Of a DNA stretch of 64,000 bases, positions 10,939-21,217 are shown in pieces (positions within the stretch are counted from its first letter, which is position 1; each line of letters opens with the position of its first letter). The DNA lies in contig CAUWGC010000003.1 in assembly GCA_963558405.1 (NCBI GenBank), forward strand, positions 32,001-96,000, given 5' to 3'. Position numbers and translations under genes: made by a program. Below the pieces are notes generated by a model, which had not been told where the DNA came from, searched no databases, and saw only the letters and a program-made list of their open reading frames with translations. The stretch is from an uncultured Clostridia bacterium (GTDB lineage Bacteria > Bacillota > Clostridia > TANB77 > CAG-508).

Positions 10939-11514
10939 ATGTTAAATAAGATTTGGCCATTTTTTATAATAATTGCATTTATTTATGGAATTTTTTCGGG
11001 AAGAGTAGAGGAGATAAATAGTTCTATTTTTGCATCTGCATCTAGTGCAGTGGAATTGACACTTACTTTTTTAGGTACTATTTGTTTATGGAATGGAATT
11101 ATGGAAATAGCAAGTAATACATCTTTGATAGAAAGATTAACAAGATTTTTAAGACCAATAATGAAATTATTATTTCCAGATATAAATAAAGAAAGTCCGG
11201 TTTATAAAGAAATTTCGATGAATATTATTGCTAATATGCTGGGTTTAGGGAATGCAGCAACACCATTAGGGTTAAAAGCTATGAATTCTCTTCAGAAAGA
11301 AAATGCAGATAAAGAAACTTTAAGTAATTCTATGGCAATGTTTATAGTTTTAAATACCGCATCATTACAATTAATACCTACTACAGTAATAGCAATTCGT
11401 ACTTCGTTAAATTCTGGAAATCCTACAGCAATTATTTTCCCAGTTTGGATTTCCACATTAGTTGCATTGTCTGCAGGAATTATATCAAGTAAAATTGCTA
11501 TAAAATATTTTTAA
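10939..11514 (+). CDS. spmA: Spore maturation protein A
   Basis: LWNGIMEIA, ANMLGLGNAATPLGLKAM and LNTASLQLIPTT motifs. Confidence 0.93.
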   Translation: MLNKIWPFFIIIAFIYGIFSGRVEEINSSIFASASSAVELTLTFLGTICLWNGIMEIASNTSLIERLTRFLRPIMKLLFPDINKESPVYKEISMNIIANMLGLGNAATPLGLKAMNSLQKENADKETLSNSMAMFIVLNTASLQLIPTTVIAIRTSLNSGNPTAIIFPVWISTLVALSAGIISSKIAIKYF

Positions 11515-11530
11515 AGAAAGGAATAATATA

Positions 11531-12058
11531 ATGAAAATAGTAAATTATATTTCAGCATCAGCAATTCCTATGGTAATACTTATTATTATATTTTACGGTG
11601 TAAAAGAAAAGAAAAAAGTATTTGATATATTTTTAAAAGGGGCTAAAGATGGTATAGAAATGGTTATAAAAATGTTTCCAACCTTATTAGGATTATTTAT
11701 AGCTGTTGGAGCATTAAGGAGTTCTGGAGTAATAGAACTAATAACAAATATAATTAGCCCAATTATTAGTATTCTTAAAATTCCAGCAGAAATTATGCCT
11801 CTAGCTATGTTAAGACCTATTTCTGGAAGTGCATCTATGGCAGTGGCAACGGATATTCTAAGTAAATATGGAGTTGATAGTAGTATAGGAATGATAGCAT
11901 CTACTATTATGGGTTCAACAGAAACTACTTTATATACAATTGCAATTTATACAAGCTGTGTAGGAATAAAAAAAATACGATTTGTACTAGTTACTGCACT
12001 TATTGCAGATATTGTTGGAATGCTTACTTCTGTAATAATTTGGAATATTTTGTCGTAA
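11531..12058 (+). CDS. spmB: Spore maturation protein B
   Basis: LRPISGSAS and IMGSTETTLYTIAIY motifs; directly follows spmA. Confidence 0.93.
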   Translation: MKIVNYISASAIPMVILIIIFYGVKEKKKVFDIFLKGAKDGIEMVIKMFPTLLGLFIAVGALRSSGVIELITNIISPIISILKIPAEIMPLAMLRPISGSASMAVATDILSKYGVDSSIGMIASTIMGSTETTLYTIAIYTSCVGIKKIRFVLVTALIADIVGMLTSVIIWNILS

Positions 12059-12127
12059 ACTTTTAATTGACATTTATTGTAAAAAGTAGTAATATAAAAA
12101 AGAAGATAAAACTACAAAGGAGTAGAC

Positions 12128-12226
12128 ATGTTAAATCTTATTTATTTTATTCTAATATTTTTTATAATTCGTAAATTTATTCAAAAAATTTTCAAAAAAC
12201 AAATCCTCAAAAAAATTAACAAATAA
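12128..12226 (+). CDS. Small hydrophobic/basic peptide MLNLIYFILIFFIIRKFIQKIFKKQILKKINK (32 aa)
   Basis: TTGACA(12067)-17bp-TAATAT promoter and AAGGAG RBS; not in the ORF track. Confidence 0.5.
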   Translation: MLNLIYFILIFFIIRKFIQKIFKKQILKKINK

Positions 12227-12443
12227 TCATTTTAATAATGTTACAAAAATCAAAATTAGTTTTTATTTTTGTAGAGGAAATTTTATTCTTATTTCAAATT
12301 GAATAGACCCCCATTCCTTTTTTATGAAATAATATTCGTAAGGCTCCCTAATTTTTACGGATCTTTTCCTCTACAGACCCCTATACAAAAAAGAAGAAAA
12401 TATCCACCTATTTTTAATAGTAAGTTATTTTCTTCTTTTAATC

Positions 12444-12924
12444 TTATTTATGATAAATTTCGTTATTAGCTATCTTAAAAGCACGATAAATTTGTTCTAA
12501 CAATATAACACGCATTAATTGGTGAGGAAAAGTCATTTTAGAAAAACAAATTGATTCGTTTGATTTTAAAATGACATCATTTGATAATCCCAAACTTCCA
12601 CCTATTATAAATGTTATATGACTATTATATAAAGAAATATCCTCTATTTTTTTAGAAAATTCTTCTGATGAATATGATTTTCCTTTTAAATCTAAGGCAA
12701 TAACATAACTATCTTTTTTAATTTGTTTTATAATAGAAAAACCTTCTTTTTCTTTTATTTCTTGTTCTAATTTAAAGTTTGGTTTATCTGGATTTTTTTC
12801 ATCTGGAACTTCTATTATGGTAATTTTAGCATATTTAGAAAGACGTTTAGTGTATTCTAAAATGGAATCTTTCCAATAACTTTCTTTTAATTTACCGTAC
12901 ACATATAATATCAATAGAAATCAT
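12444..12924 (-). CDS. rlmH: 23S rRNA pseudouridine1915 N3-methyltransferase, needs a +1 shift at CGG (12895-12897); 159 aa when joined
   Basis: AGGAG RBS, ATG at 12924, MISIDIICV-(C)-GKLKE; FIIGGSLGL, TFPHQLMRVILLEQIYRA and YHK C-terminus. Confidence 0.9.
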
Positions 12925-12952
12925 AAAAATCTCCTAAAAATTATATTTTTAA

Positions 12953-13744
12953 TTATGTGATATCAACAATTTTACTAGGGTTAAACCTACTTGCAACACT
13001 TAAAGAAAAAGAGTTTTCATCGTAATTATTATTAATTAATTCTTGAGTTACTGTTTGATATGCAAGTTCAGGGAAATTATTTTCTTTACTTAAATGACCA
13101 AGCATTACTTCTTTTAATCCATATTTTAATAAATAAGATATTGTTTTTCCAGCCATAATATTAGATAGATGTCCATTAGGACCAGCTATTCTTTCTTTTA
13201 ATAAATAAGGATAAGAACAAAGTTTTAAAATTTGAGGATCATAATTAGATTCTAATAGTAAAAAAGAACTATTTTCTAATTTTGAAATAATATCTTTTGT
13301 CATATGTCCCAAATCAGTTGCAATACTAAGTTTAGAAGAATTATTAAAAATATTAAAACCACAAGGATTAGCAGCATCATGAGGAATAGAAAAAGGTAAT
13401 ATTTCTAAATCTCCAATATTAAATTTTTCAGAAACATTAAAGTGTTTTTGATTTTTTTCTTCAATTTTATCTTTTTGCTTTGGCATAGCATCCCATGTTT
13501 CGTTATTTGCAAAAACGGGAATATTATATTTTTTTGATATTGTTCCTAAACTTTTTACATGATCAGAATGTTCATGAGTTACCAAAATTCCATCTAAATC
13601 TGAAATATTAACAGAAATAGAAGAAAGTGCATTTTCTATTTTTTTTGCACTCTCTCCAGCATCAATCAAAATTTTAGAACAATCACTTTGTACATATAAA
13701 CTATTTCCAGTACTTCCACTATATAAACTACAAAACTTTAGCAT
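12953..13744 (-). CDS. MBL-fold metallo-hydrolase (YycJ/WalJ-like)
   Basis: SGSTGNS, THEHSDH, HDAA, ESNYD, GHLSN and HLSKENN motifs. Confidence 0.88.
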   Translation of the reverse strand: MLKFCSLYSGSTGNSLYVQSDCSKILIDAGESAKKIENALSSISVNISDLDGILVTHEHSDHVKSLGTISKKYNIPVFANNETWDAMPKQKDKIEEKNQKHFNVSEKFNIGDLEILPFSIPHDAANPCGFNIFNNSSKLSIATDLGHMTKDIISKLENSSFLLLESNYDPQILKLCSYPYLLKERIAGPNGHLSNIMAGKTISYLLKYGLKEVMLGHLSKENNFPELAYQTVTQELINNNYDENSFSLSVASRFNPSKIVDIT

Positions 13745-13785
13745 TTTTTCATCCTCTGATATTAAATTCTTCTGTATAATAAATT

Positions 13786-15045
13786 TTATTCGGTTACACG
13801 GTCAATTTTGGCACCTAATAATCTAAATTTTTCTTCAATATTTTCATAACCACGGTCTATGTGATCTAAGTTATATACTTCTGTTGTTCCATTAGCAATT
13901 ATACCTGCAATAATTAAAGCTGCACCAGCACGTAAATCTGTTGCAAAAACAGGAGAACCTGATAAAGACTTTACACCTTCAAAAAAGGCTGTTTTTCCTT
14001 GGGCAGTAATTTTAGCTCCCATTTTAATTAATTCATAAGTATATTGAAAACGTGATTCCCATATGCTTTCATTAATTGTACTAGTACCTTCTGCAATAGA
14101 TAAAGCAACACCTATTTGAGGTTGTAAATCTGTTGGAAAACCAGGATAAGGTAAAGTTTTTACAGTAACCTTATTAGGACGTTTTGTACACCATACACGA
14201 ATGTTATCACCATCTTCTTCAACATTTGCTCCCATTTCTAAAACTTTAGCAGTAACAGATTCTAAGTGTTTTGTTATACAATTATGAATTGTAATATCAC
14301 CTCTAGAAGCTACTGCTGCAAGCATAAAAGTTCCTGCTTCTATTTGATCTGGAACTACACTATAAGTAGCATTACCAGATAATTTAGAAACACCATGGAT
14401 TTTAATCATATCTGTTCCAGCACCTCTAATATCAGCTCCCATAGTATTTAAAAAGTTAGCAACATCAACTATATGAGGTTCTTTTGCTGCATTATCAATA
14501 GTAGTTGTTCCTTCAGCTAATACACTAGCAAGCATTACATTAATAGTAGCTCCGACAGAAACAATGTCCATATAAATAGAAGTTCCTGTTAATTTTTTTG
14601 CAGATGCTGTAATTTTACCTTGTCCAACATCTACCTTAGCACCAAGTGCTTCAAATCCTTTTATATGTTGGTCTATTGGTCTTGCTCCTAAATTACATCC
14701 ACCAGGAAGACCAACTATAGCTTCTTTACATCTTCCTAGTAAAGAACCAATTAAGTAATAAGATGCTCTAAATTTGCTAGTTATATCTAAAGGAGCTTGT
14801 GCATGGCAAATGTTTCTTGTATCAACTGTAATTTCATGTTTATTATTCCAAGTAATTTTTGCACCTAAACTTTCTAGAATTTCACAATATAGTCTTACAT
14901 CACTAATGTCAGGTAAGTTTTCTATTGTACATATTCCATCAATTAATAGTGTTGCAGGAAGAATAGCAACAGCAGCATTTTTTGCTCCACTTATTACAAC
15001 ATCTCCTTTTAATTTTGTTCCACCATTTATTACTAATTTATCCAA
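13786..15045 (-). CDS. murA: UDP-N-acetylglucosamine 1-carboxyvinyltransferase
   Basis: SGAKNAA, LPGGCNLGARPIDQH, YPGFPTDLQ and TDLRAGAAL motifs; TTG start at 15045 after a GGGGG RBS. Confidence 0.95.
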   Translation of the reverse strand: MDKLVINGGTKLKGDVVISGAKNAAVAILPATLLIDGICTIENLPDISDVRLYCEILESLGAKITWNNKHEITVDTRNICHAQAPLDITSKFRASYYLIGSLLGRCKEAIVGLPGGCNLGARPIDQHIKGFEALGAKVDVGQGKITASAKKLTGTSIYMDIVSVGATINVMLASVLAEGTTTIDNAAKEPHIVDVANFLNTMGADIRGAGTDMIKIHGVSKLSGNATYSVVPDQIEAGTFMLAAVASRGDITIHNCITKHLESVTAKVLEMGANVEEDGDNIRVWCTKRPNKVTVKTLPYPGFPTDLQPQIGVALSIAEGTSTINESIWESRFQYTYELIKMGAKITAQGKTAFFEGVKSLSGSPVFATDLRAGAALIIAGIIANGTTEVYNLDHIDRGYENIEEKFRLLGAKIDRVTE

Positions 15046-15226
15046 AATTGTTACCCCCAAAATAATTTTTTTGATAAAAAATAGAATGTATATACATTCT
15101 ATCTCAAAATATATCATAAAAAGGTATAATTTACAACAGTTTTTTTAAATATCAATTAACTATGTAAATAATTAGATACTTAATTCTTCATTATTAAATA
15201 TCTAATTATTTATATAAATTAAAATA

Positions 15227-15892
15227 TTATTGCTTAGCTGTAAAAATATTATTGTTTTGGAAAAATTCAATTAAACGAAATTTAAACTTTATTTCATTAT
15301 TCTCAGTATCTGAAATTAAGTTGTATTCTTCAGTTGATAAATTTTCTTTAATAATTTCTTTAGATTCATCCGGAACAATACCAGATGTTACATCTACAAA
15401 ACATAAAGGAGGAAACATTACACACCACCAATTTTGACCAAGTGAATCTCCAATTTCTACTCGCATAGCATCATAGTTTCCAGAAGGAAGGGATATATCA
15501 CCATATTGTTTTGTAGGAAATGGAAAATTACCTATTCTAATATTTACATCATAAGAAAAACCATTTTGTGATATTACGTCTTTGGCAATTTTATAAAAAT
15601 CTTCTTCATGTTCTTTGGCAATAGATATTACTTCTTCTTTAGAAGTAACATTTTTAGAAATTGTATTCATATATTCTATAAGTGCATCTCTTACTTTATA
15701 TTTTAAATTTTGATCTTCTTTAGAATCACTGTTTGCAAGTACATGTAATCTAAAAACACTATCTTCTATATTAGAAGATACAGCATTAACATAAGAATAA
15801 GCAGATATAAAAACATATAATGTAAGTAAAAACAGTAATATAAAAGATGCTTTTATATATTTAATTTTTATTATTTTTTTTAAAATATTCAT
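15227..15892 (-). CDS. spoIIR: Stage II sporulation protein R
   Basis: RLHVLANSDS..DQ.LK..VRD, FPTKQYG and GQNWWCVMFPPLCF motifs. Confidence 0.95.
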   Translation of the reverse strand: MNILKKIIKIKYIKASFILLFLLTLYVFISAYSYVNAVSSNIEDSVFRLHVLANSDSKEDQNLKYKVRDALIEYMNTISKNVTSKEEVISIAKEHEEDFYKIAKDVISQNGFSYDVNIRIGNFPFPTKQYGDISLPSGNYDAMRVEIGDSLGQNWWCVMFPPLCFVDVTSGIVPDESKEIIKENLSTEEYNLISDTENNEIKFKFRLIEFFQNNNIFTAKQ

Positions 15893-16321
15893 AACTTACC
15901 TCCTAAAGAAATTTTACGTTTTTAAATATGTAAAATTTTTAACTAAATTGTAAATAAATTTCTGTAATAAAAGTATTAACCAAATAAAAAAATATATACA
16001 TTATATCTTAAAAAAAACTAAATATTACAAAAATGACTTTATTTGTTATGTATAAAAATGAAATATAATGTAGAAAAATATAAATTTTAATAAAAAAACA
16101 AAATTTTATGAAAAAATTATTACAAAAATATTTAAAACATAAAACAACAAAAAAATACTATAAAAAAACATAAATACCAGTATTTTACAGTATAAAACTT
16201 TTGTAAGTATTGCAAAATGTCGAAAAGTTTTAATAAAAAAATATTAAATTTTGTTGACATTTATATTACACGATGGTAAAATCTTCCATGTAAACAAAAG
16301 AAAGTTTAGGGGGATAAAAAA

Positions 16322-16876
16322 ATGAGTAATCAGGAAACATTTGAAAAGATTTGTAGTTTTTATGTAAGTGACTGGCATATGGTAACAATGCTATTACCTT
16401 ATATTAGTAAACAAATCGAAAACAATATAAATGTAGAAACGATGCTCCAAAAAGATGTAGATAAAAATGTAACAGAATTAATATCAAGATTAAACATACA
16501 TAACGAAAAAGAAATAACAAAAATAAATTGGAAACAAAATGAAATAATAAAATATAAAGAAACAGAAAAATATTTAGATAAAGCTATAAGTAAATCTAAA
16601 GAAATTATTATTTTGGTAAATGGAACTAACGAATATATAAACACAGTAAATACAAATATTTATAATTATATACATAAAAATATTCGTAAATTAACATCAA
16701 AAGGTAACAAAATAAAAATTATAAACTGCTACGAGGTAATGCAATTTAATTATAATATTAATACAATTTTAGATTCACATGATAAAGTATTAAACACTTC
16801 AGGAGAAAAAGAGATAGAAGAAGTTTTTGAAGGATATCAAAGAAAATATACAGAACAAATAGAAAATGTAAATTAA
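16322..16876 (+). CDS. Hypothetical protein
   Basis: 184-aa ORF with GGGGG RBS; TTGACA...TAAAAT promoter and a TGTCGAA box at 16218-16224 upstream. Confidence 0.7.
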   Translation: MSNQETFEKICSFYVSDWHMVTMLLPYISKQIENNINVETMLQKDVDKNVTELISRLNIHNEKEITKINWKQNEIIKYKETEKYLDKAISKSKEIIILVNGTNEYINTVNTNIYNYIHKNIRKLTSKGNKIKIINCYEVMQFNYNINTILDSHDKVLNTSGEKEIEEVFEGYQRKYTEQIENVN

Positions 16877-17007
16877 AGTACGCTACAACTTGACATAATA
16901 TGTAAATAAAGATATAATTAAAGAACACGTTGTAATACTATTAATACAATAAGTGTTTTATTGTACTAATATACCCATTATTAAACAGTTAAACAAAGGA
17001 GGATATT

Positions 17008-17349
17008 ATGCATATTATATTAGCATTATTAAACGGTCTGTACTTTGTGGCAATCCCATTGGGATTAGCCATTGCAATAGCAATTAATTGGTATTACATT
17101 TGTAATGGTGTACAAACAATACGGAACAAAATATTAAACCTTGCAATAGTTCTTATTTTAGTACTTGCAGATGGTTTATATATTGCAGATATGTGGGGAG
17201 ATATTCTTCAACAACAATTAATAAAAGATGTAGATAAAACTACATTAAACTTAATTGGTGTAGCAATTGTTCTGGTTATTGAATTTGCAATATTTTGTAC
17301 AATTAAGGTGTATAAGCAAATTAACAAAAGTAAAAATAGAGAGAGTTAA
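17008..17349 (+). CDS. Hypothetical three-TM membrane protein containing an in-frame CGG
   Basis: AAGGAGG RBS, three hydrophobic segments, downstream terminator ~17390-17430. Confidence 0.65.
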   Translation: MHIILALLNGLYFVAIPLGLAIAIAINWYYICNGVQTIRNKILNLAIVLILVLADGLYIADMWGDILQQQLIKDVDKTTLNLIGVAIVLVIEFAIFCTIKVYKQINKSKNRES

Positions 17350-17591
17350 AAAGCATAACTAAAAAATAACTGTTTAATAAATGGGGAAAAAAAGGAATAA
17401 AATCTGTAATTAACGGATTTTATTCCTTTTAAAATTGCCTTTTATAATAAAAAAGATGATAAAAATCTAAAGTGTTAGTATAAAAATATAAAATAAAAAC
17501 AGTGATTGACTAAACCATTTTTTTGATATAAGATATACTAACAAATAATACTTTTATTGGGATATAAAATAATTTTAGGAGGAAGGATAAA

Positions 17592-18839
17592 ATGGATGAA
17601 AAATATAAGTTAGCAGTAGAAAAGCTAAAGGAATTTCATCAAGAACAAGTATTGTCAAAATACAATACAATGTCTAATGAGGACAAAGAAAAATTATTAG
17701 AACAAATTTTAAAAATTGACTGGAATCAAATGTCAAACCTTTATGAAATGGCTAAAAAAGATGTTCCAGTAGAAGAAGCAAAAGTTGAGCCAATTTCTTA
17801 TGTGGATAAAGAAAAATTAACAAAAGAAGAAAAAGAAGAATATTTAAAAATAGGTATAGAAGAAATAAAAAAAGGAAAATTAGCTGTTGTTACAATGGCT
17901 GGTGGACAAGGAACAAGACTTGGTCATAAAGGTCCAAAAGGTACTTATGATTTAGGACTTGCTTCTCACAAATCTATTTTTGAAATTTTATGTGATACAT
18001 TAAAAAAGGCAAAAGAAGATTATGGTGTAGTAATTCCATGGTATTTAATGACAAGTAAAGAAAATAATACTGATACAATAAACTTTTTTGAAAAAAACAA
18101 CTATTTTGGATATCCAAAAGAAAGTGTACATTTCTTTATGCAAGGTGAACTTCCAATGATTTTAGAAAATGGAAATATTGTTCAAAAAGAAGATGGAACA
18201 ATTAAAGAAGCAGCAGATGGACATGGTGGAGTTTTTGAATCTATGACACGTAATGGTGTTGTAAAAGAAATGAAAAATAATAATATAGAATGGGTATTTA
18301 TTGGTGGAGTAGATAATGTATTGGTAAAAATGGTTGATCCAATATTAATAGGTCTAGCAACAAAGCAAAAATCATTAGCTGCAGGTAAAAGTGTTGTAAA
18401 AGCAAATCCAAGCGAAAGAGTTGGAGTATTTTGCAAAAAAAACGGTAAACCAAGTGTTATAGAATATACAGAAATTTCAAAAGAAATGGCAGAAGCCATA
18501 GATAAAAATGGAGAGCTTTTATATGGTGAATCACATATACTATGTAACATGTTTAATATTAAAATATTAGAAGAATTAGGAAAAAATAAACTACCTTATC
18601 ATAAAGCTTATAAAAAATCTGATTATTTGGATGAAAAAGGAAACTTTATAGTTGCTGAAAAACCAAATGCATATAAATTTGAAACATTTTTATTTGATGC
18701 TTTTTCAAAAATAGATAATATGTCTATTTTAAGAGTAAAAAGGGAAGAAGAATTTGCTCCTGTTAAAAATGCAGAAGGAACAGATAGCCCAGAAACTGCA
18801 AGAGCACTTTATAAAGCTTTTTATGGAATAAAAGAATAA
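17592..18839 (+). CDS. UDPGP-family (UAP1-like) UDP-N-acetylhexosamine pyrophosphorylase
   Basis: MAGGQGTRLG..GPKG, DGHGG, VDNVL, E.VGV, EYTE, KFETFLFD and EFAPVKN motifs. Confidence 0.9.
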   Translation: MDEKYKLAVEKLKEFHQEQVLSKYNTMSNEDKEKLLEQILKIDWNQMSNLYEMAKKDVPVEEAKVEPISYVDKEKLTKEEKEEYLKIGIEEIKKGKLAVVTMAGGQGTRLGHKGPKGTYDLGLASHKSIFEILCDTLKKAKEDYGVVIPWYLMTSKENNTDTINFFEKNNYFGYPKESVHFFMQGELPMILENGNIVQKEDGTIKEAADGHGGVFESMTRNGVVKEMKNNNIEWVFIGGVDNVLVKMVDPILIGLATKQKSLAAGKSVVKANPSERVGVFCKKNGKPSVIEYTEISKEMAEAIDKNGELLYGESHILCNMFNIKILEELGKNKLPYHKAYKKSDYLDEKGNFIVAEKPNAYKFETFLFDAFSKIDNMSILRVKREEEFAPVKNAEGTDSPETARALYKAFYGIKE

Positions 18840-18851
18840 GGAGATAAAAAA

Positions 18852-20570
18852 ATGGGATATAAAGAAGAATACATTAAATGGTGTGAAGATTCTTTGTTTG
18901 ATGAAGAGACTAAAGAAGAACTAAAAAACATAAAAAACGAAGAAGAAATAAAAGATAGATTTTATAAATCATTAGAGTTTGGTACTGCTGGACTAAGAGG
19001 TGTTATAGGAGCAGGAACTAATAGAATGAATAAATACACTGTAGGAAAAGCAACACAAGGATTAGCTAATTTTATAAAAAAGGAAAAAGCAGAAGGAAGA
19101 GGTGTTGCAATAGCTTATGATTCTAGACATATGTCAAAAGAATTTAGCGAGGTAACAGCATTATGCTTAAATGCAAATGGAATTAAAACATATGTATTTG
19201 AATCTTTAAGACCTGTTCCAGAATTATCTTTTGCAGTAAGAAAATTAAATGCAATAGCAGGAATTGTTATTACAGCAAGCCATAATCCACCAGAATATAA
19301 TGGATATAAAGTATACTGGGAAGATGGAGCGCAAATAGTTAGTCCAAAAGATAAACAAATTATTGATGAAGTAAATGCTGTAGAAGATTATAAAGATATA
19401 AAAACAATTTCAAAAGAAGAAGCAACAAAAAAAGAATTATATAATGTAATTGGAAAAGAAATTGATGATGCATATATGGATGAATTAAAAAAATTAGTTT
19501 TAAATCCAGATGCAATAAATAGTCAAAAAGATATTAAAATTGTATATACTCCACTTCATGGAACTGGTAGAATGCCAGTACAAAGAATTTTAAAAGAACT
19601 AGGTTTTACAAATGTTTCTATAGTAAAAGAACAAGAAGAACCTAATGGTGATTTTCCAACTGTAAAATTACCAAATCCAGAAGATAAAGCTGCTTTTGCT
19701 ATGGCACTAGACCTTGCTAAAAAAGAAAATGCAGATATTGTTTTAGCAACAGATCCAGATGCAGATAGATTAGGTGTTTATGCAAAAGACAGTAAAACAG
19801 GAGAATATATGTCTTTTACAGGTAATATGTCTGGTCTATTAATTGCAGAATATATTTTATCTCAAAAGAAAGAAAAAGGAATTTTACCTAAAAATGCTGT
19901 TTTAATAAAAACTATAGTTTCTTCTAACTTAGCTGATGCTATTGTAAAAGAATATGGAATTAATTTAATTGAAGTATTAACAGGATTTAAATATATTGGT
20001 GAACAAATTAAATTACTAGAACAAAGCCATAAATATACATATCAATTTGGGTATGAGGAAAGTTATGGATGTTTAATTGGAACATATGCAAGAGATAAAG
20101 ATGCTATATCAGCAGTAGCAATGCTTTGCGAAGCAGCAGCATATTACAAAGAAAAAGGATTAACATTATGGGATCAAATGATTAATATTTACGAAAAATA
20201 TGGATATTATAAAGAAGGTTTATTTTCGATTACTTTAAAAGGTGCAGATGGTGCAGAGAAAATAAAACAGATGATGGAAAAATTAAGAACAAGTAAAATA
20301 GAACATTTAGGAGAAAATAAAGTAATAAGCAAAAAAGACTATCAAACACAAGAAGGAATTATTTATAGTACAGAGGAAAAAATAAAGCTAAAACTCCCAA
20401 AATCAAATGTATTATATTATGACTTAGAGAATAATGGATGGGTAGCTGTAAGACCTTCTGGAACAGAACCAAAAATAAAATTTTACACAGGTGTAAAAGG
20501 AAATTCTTTGGAAGATGCAGAAGAAAAATTAAATAAACTTACAGATGCAATAAAAAAATTAGTAGAATAA
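18852..20570 (+). CDS. pgm: Phosphoglucomutase / phosphomannomutase (phospho-sugar mutase)
   Basis: FGTAGLRG, TASHNP, DPDADR, GYEESYG and RPSGTEPKIK motifs. Confidence 0.9.
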   Translation: MGYKEEYIKWCEDSLFDEETKEELKNIKNEEEIKDRFYKSLEFGTAGLRGVIGAGTNRMNKYTVGKATQGLANFIKKEKAEGRGVAIAYDSRHMSKEFSEVTALCLNANGIKTYVFESLRPVPELSFAVRKLNAIAGIVITASHNPPEYNGYKVYWEDGAQIVSPKDKQIIDEVNAVEDYKDIKTISKEEATKKELYNVIGKEIDDAYMDELKKLVLNPDAINSQKDIKIVYTPLHGTGRMPVQRILKELGFTNVSIVKEQEEPNGDFPTVKLPNPEDKAAFAMALDLAKKENADIVLATDPDADRLGVYAKDSKTGEYMSFTGNMSGLLIAEYILSQKKEKGILPKNAVLIKTIVSSNLADAIVKEYGINLIEVLTGFKYIGEQIKLLEQSHKYTYQFGYEESYGCLIGTYARDKDAISAVAMLCEAAAYYKEKGLTLWDQMINIYEKYGYYKEGLFSITLKGADGAEKIKQMMEKLRTSKIEHLGENKVISKKDYQTQEGIIYSTEEKIKLKLPKSNVLYYDLENNGWVAVRPSGTEPKIKFYTGVKGNSLEDAEEKLNKLTDAIKKLVE

Positions 20571-20635
20571 TATAAAAGATACCATGTATAATATTTATAT
20601 TCATGGTATCTTTTTTGATATATAATAAATTAAAG

Positions 20636-20988
20636 CTATTTTTTTGAAAGACGTTTAATAATAGCAAGAGCTAATTTTTGGTCTTCTAGTGAAAGCTTAT
20701 CTACTTCTTCAAAAATAATTTCACTTAATCCGTTTGAATTATCTGAAAAAAAATCTGCTAATAAAAGCGTATGTGTTATAGATATTGCTTTACATATATC
20801 TATAATAGTAGAAACCTAGCGTTATAAGCTCCATTTTCTAATTTTGATAAATATTCTATTGTTAAATTAGTTTTTTCAGCAATAGATTCTTGAGTAAGTC
20901 CAGCCACTTTTCTATATTTTTTTAAATTTTTACCTACTACTTTATTAATCATTTTAATTTTTGCTGGTTCTTTCTTCTTTCTGCGCAT
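20636..20988 (-). pseudogene. XRE-family HTH regulator with a one-base-deletion-type frameshift near 20815
   Basis: GGAGG RBS; LKKYRK.AGLTQE.IAE..LSKLENG in frame 0; continuation VSTIIDICKAISIT...KLSLEDQKLALAIIKRLSKK* in the -1 frame. Confidence 0.65.
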
Positions 20989-21217
20989 ATTACGACCTCC
21001 TAACAAAATACTACATATAAGTATAACAGTGTTAAATAAGAATTATAATGAACTAAAAGCCAGTGAAGTAAAATTGATAAATATAGTATTTCCAATATAT
21101 TTAAGGATATTCGCAGAAAAAATATTAAACAAAAGAACAAATTTTGGATAAAAAATGAAATAGTCAAAAAAACAAAAAATGCATAAAAAAAGAACAAATA
21201 ATTTTTGTTCTCTTTTA

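Noticed and set aside
12444-12470. rlmH (orfX) 3' end as an SCC-like integration site
   Set aside because: No recombinase gene or duplicated att sequence is seen downstream.
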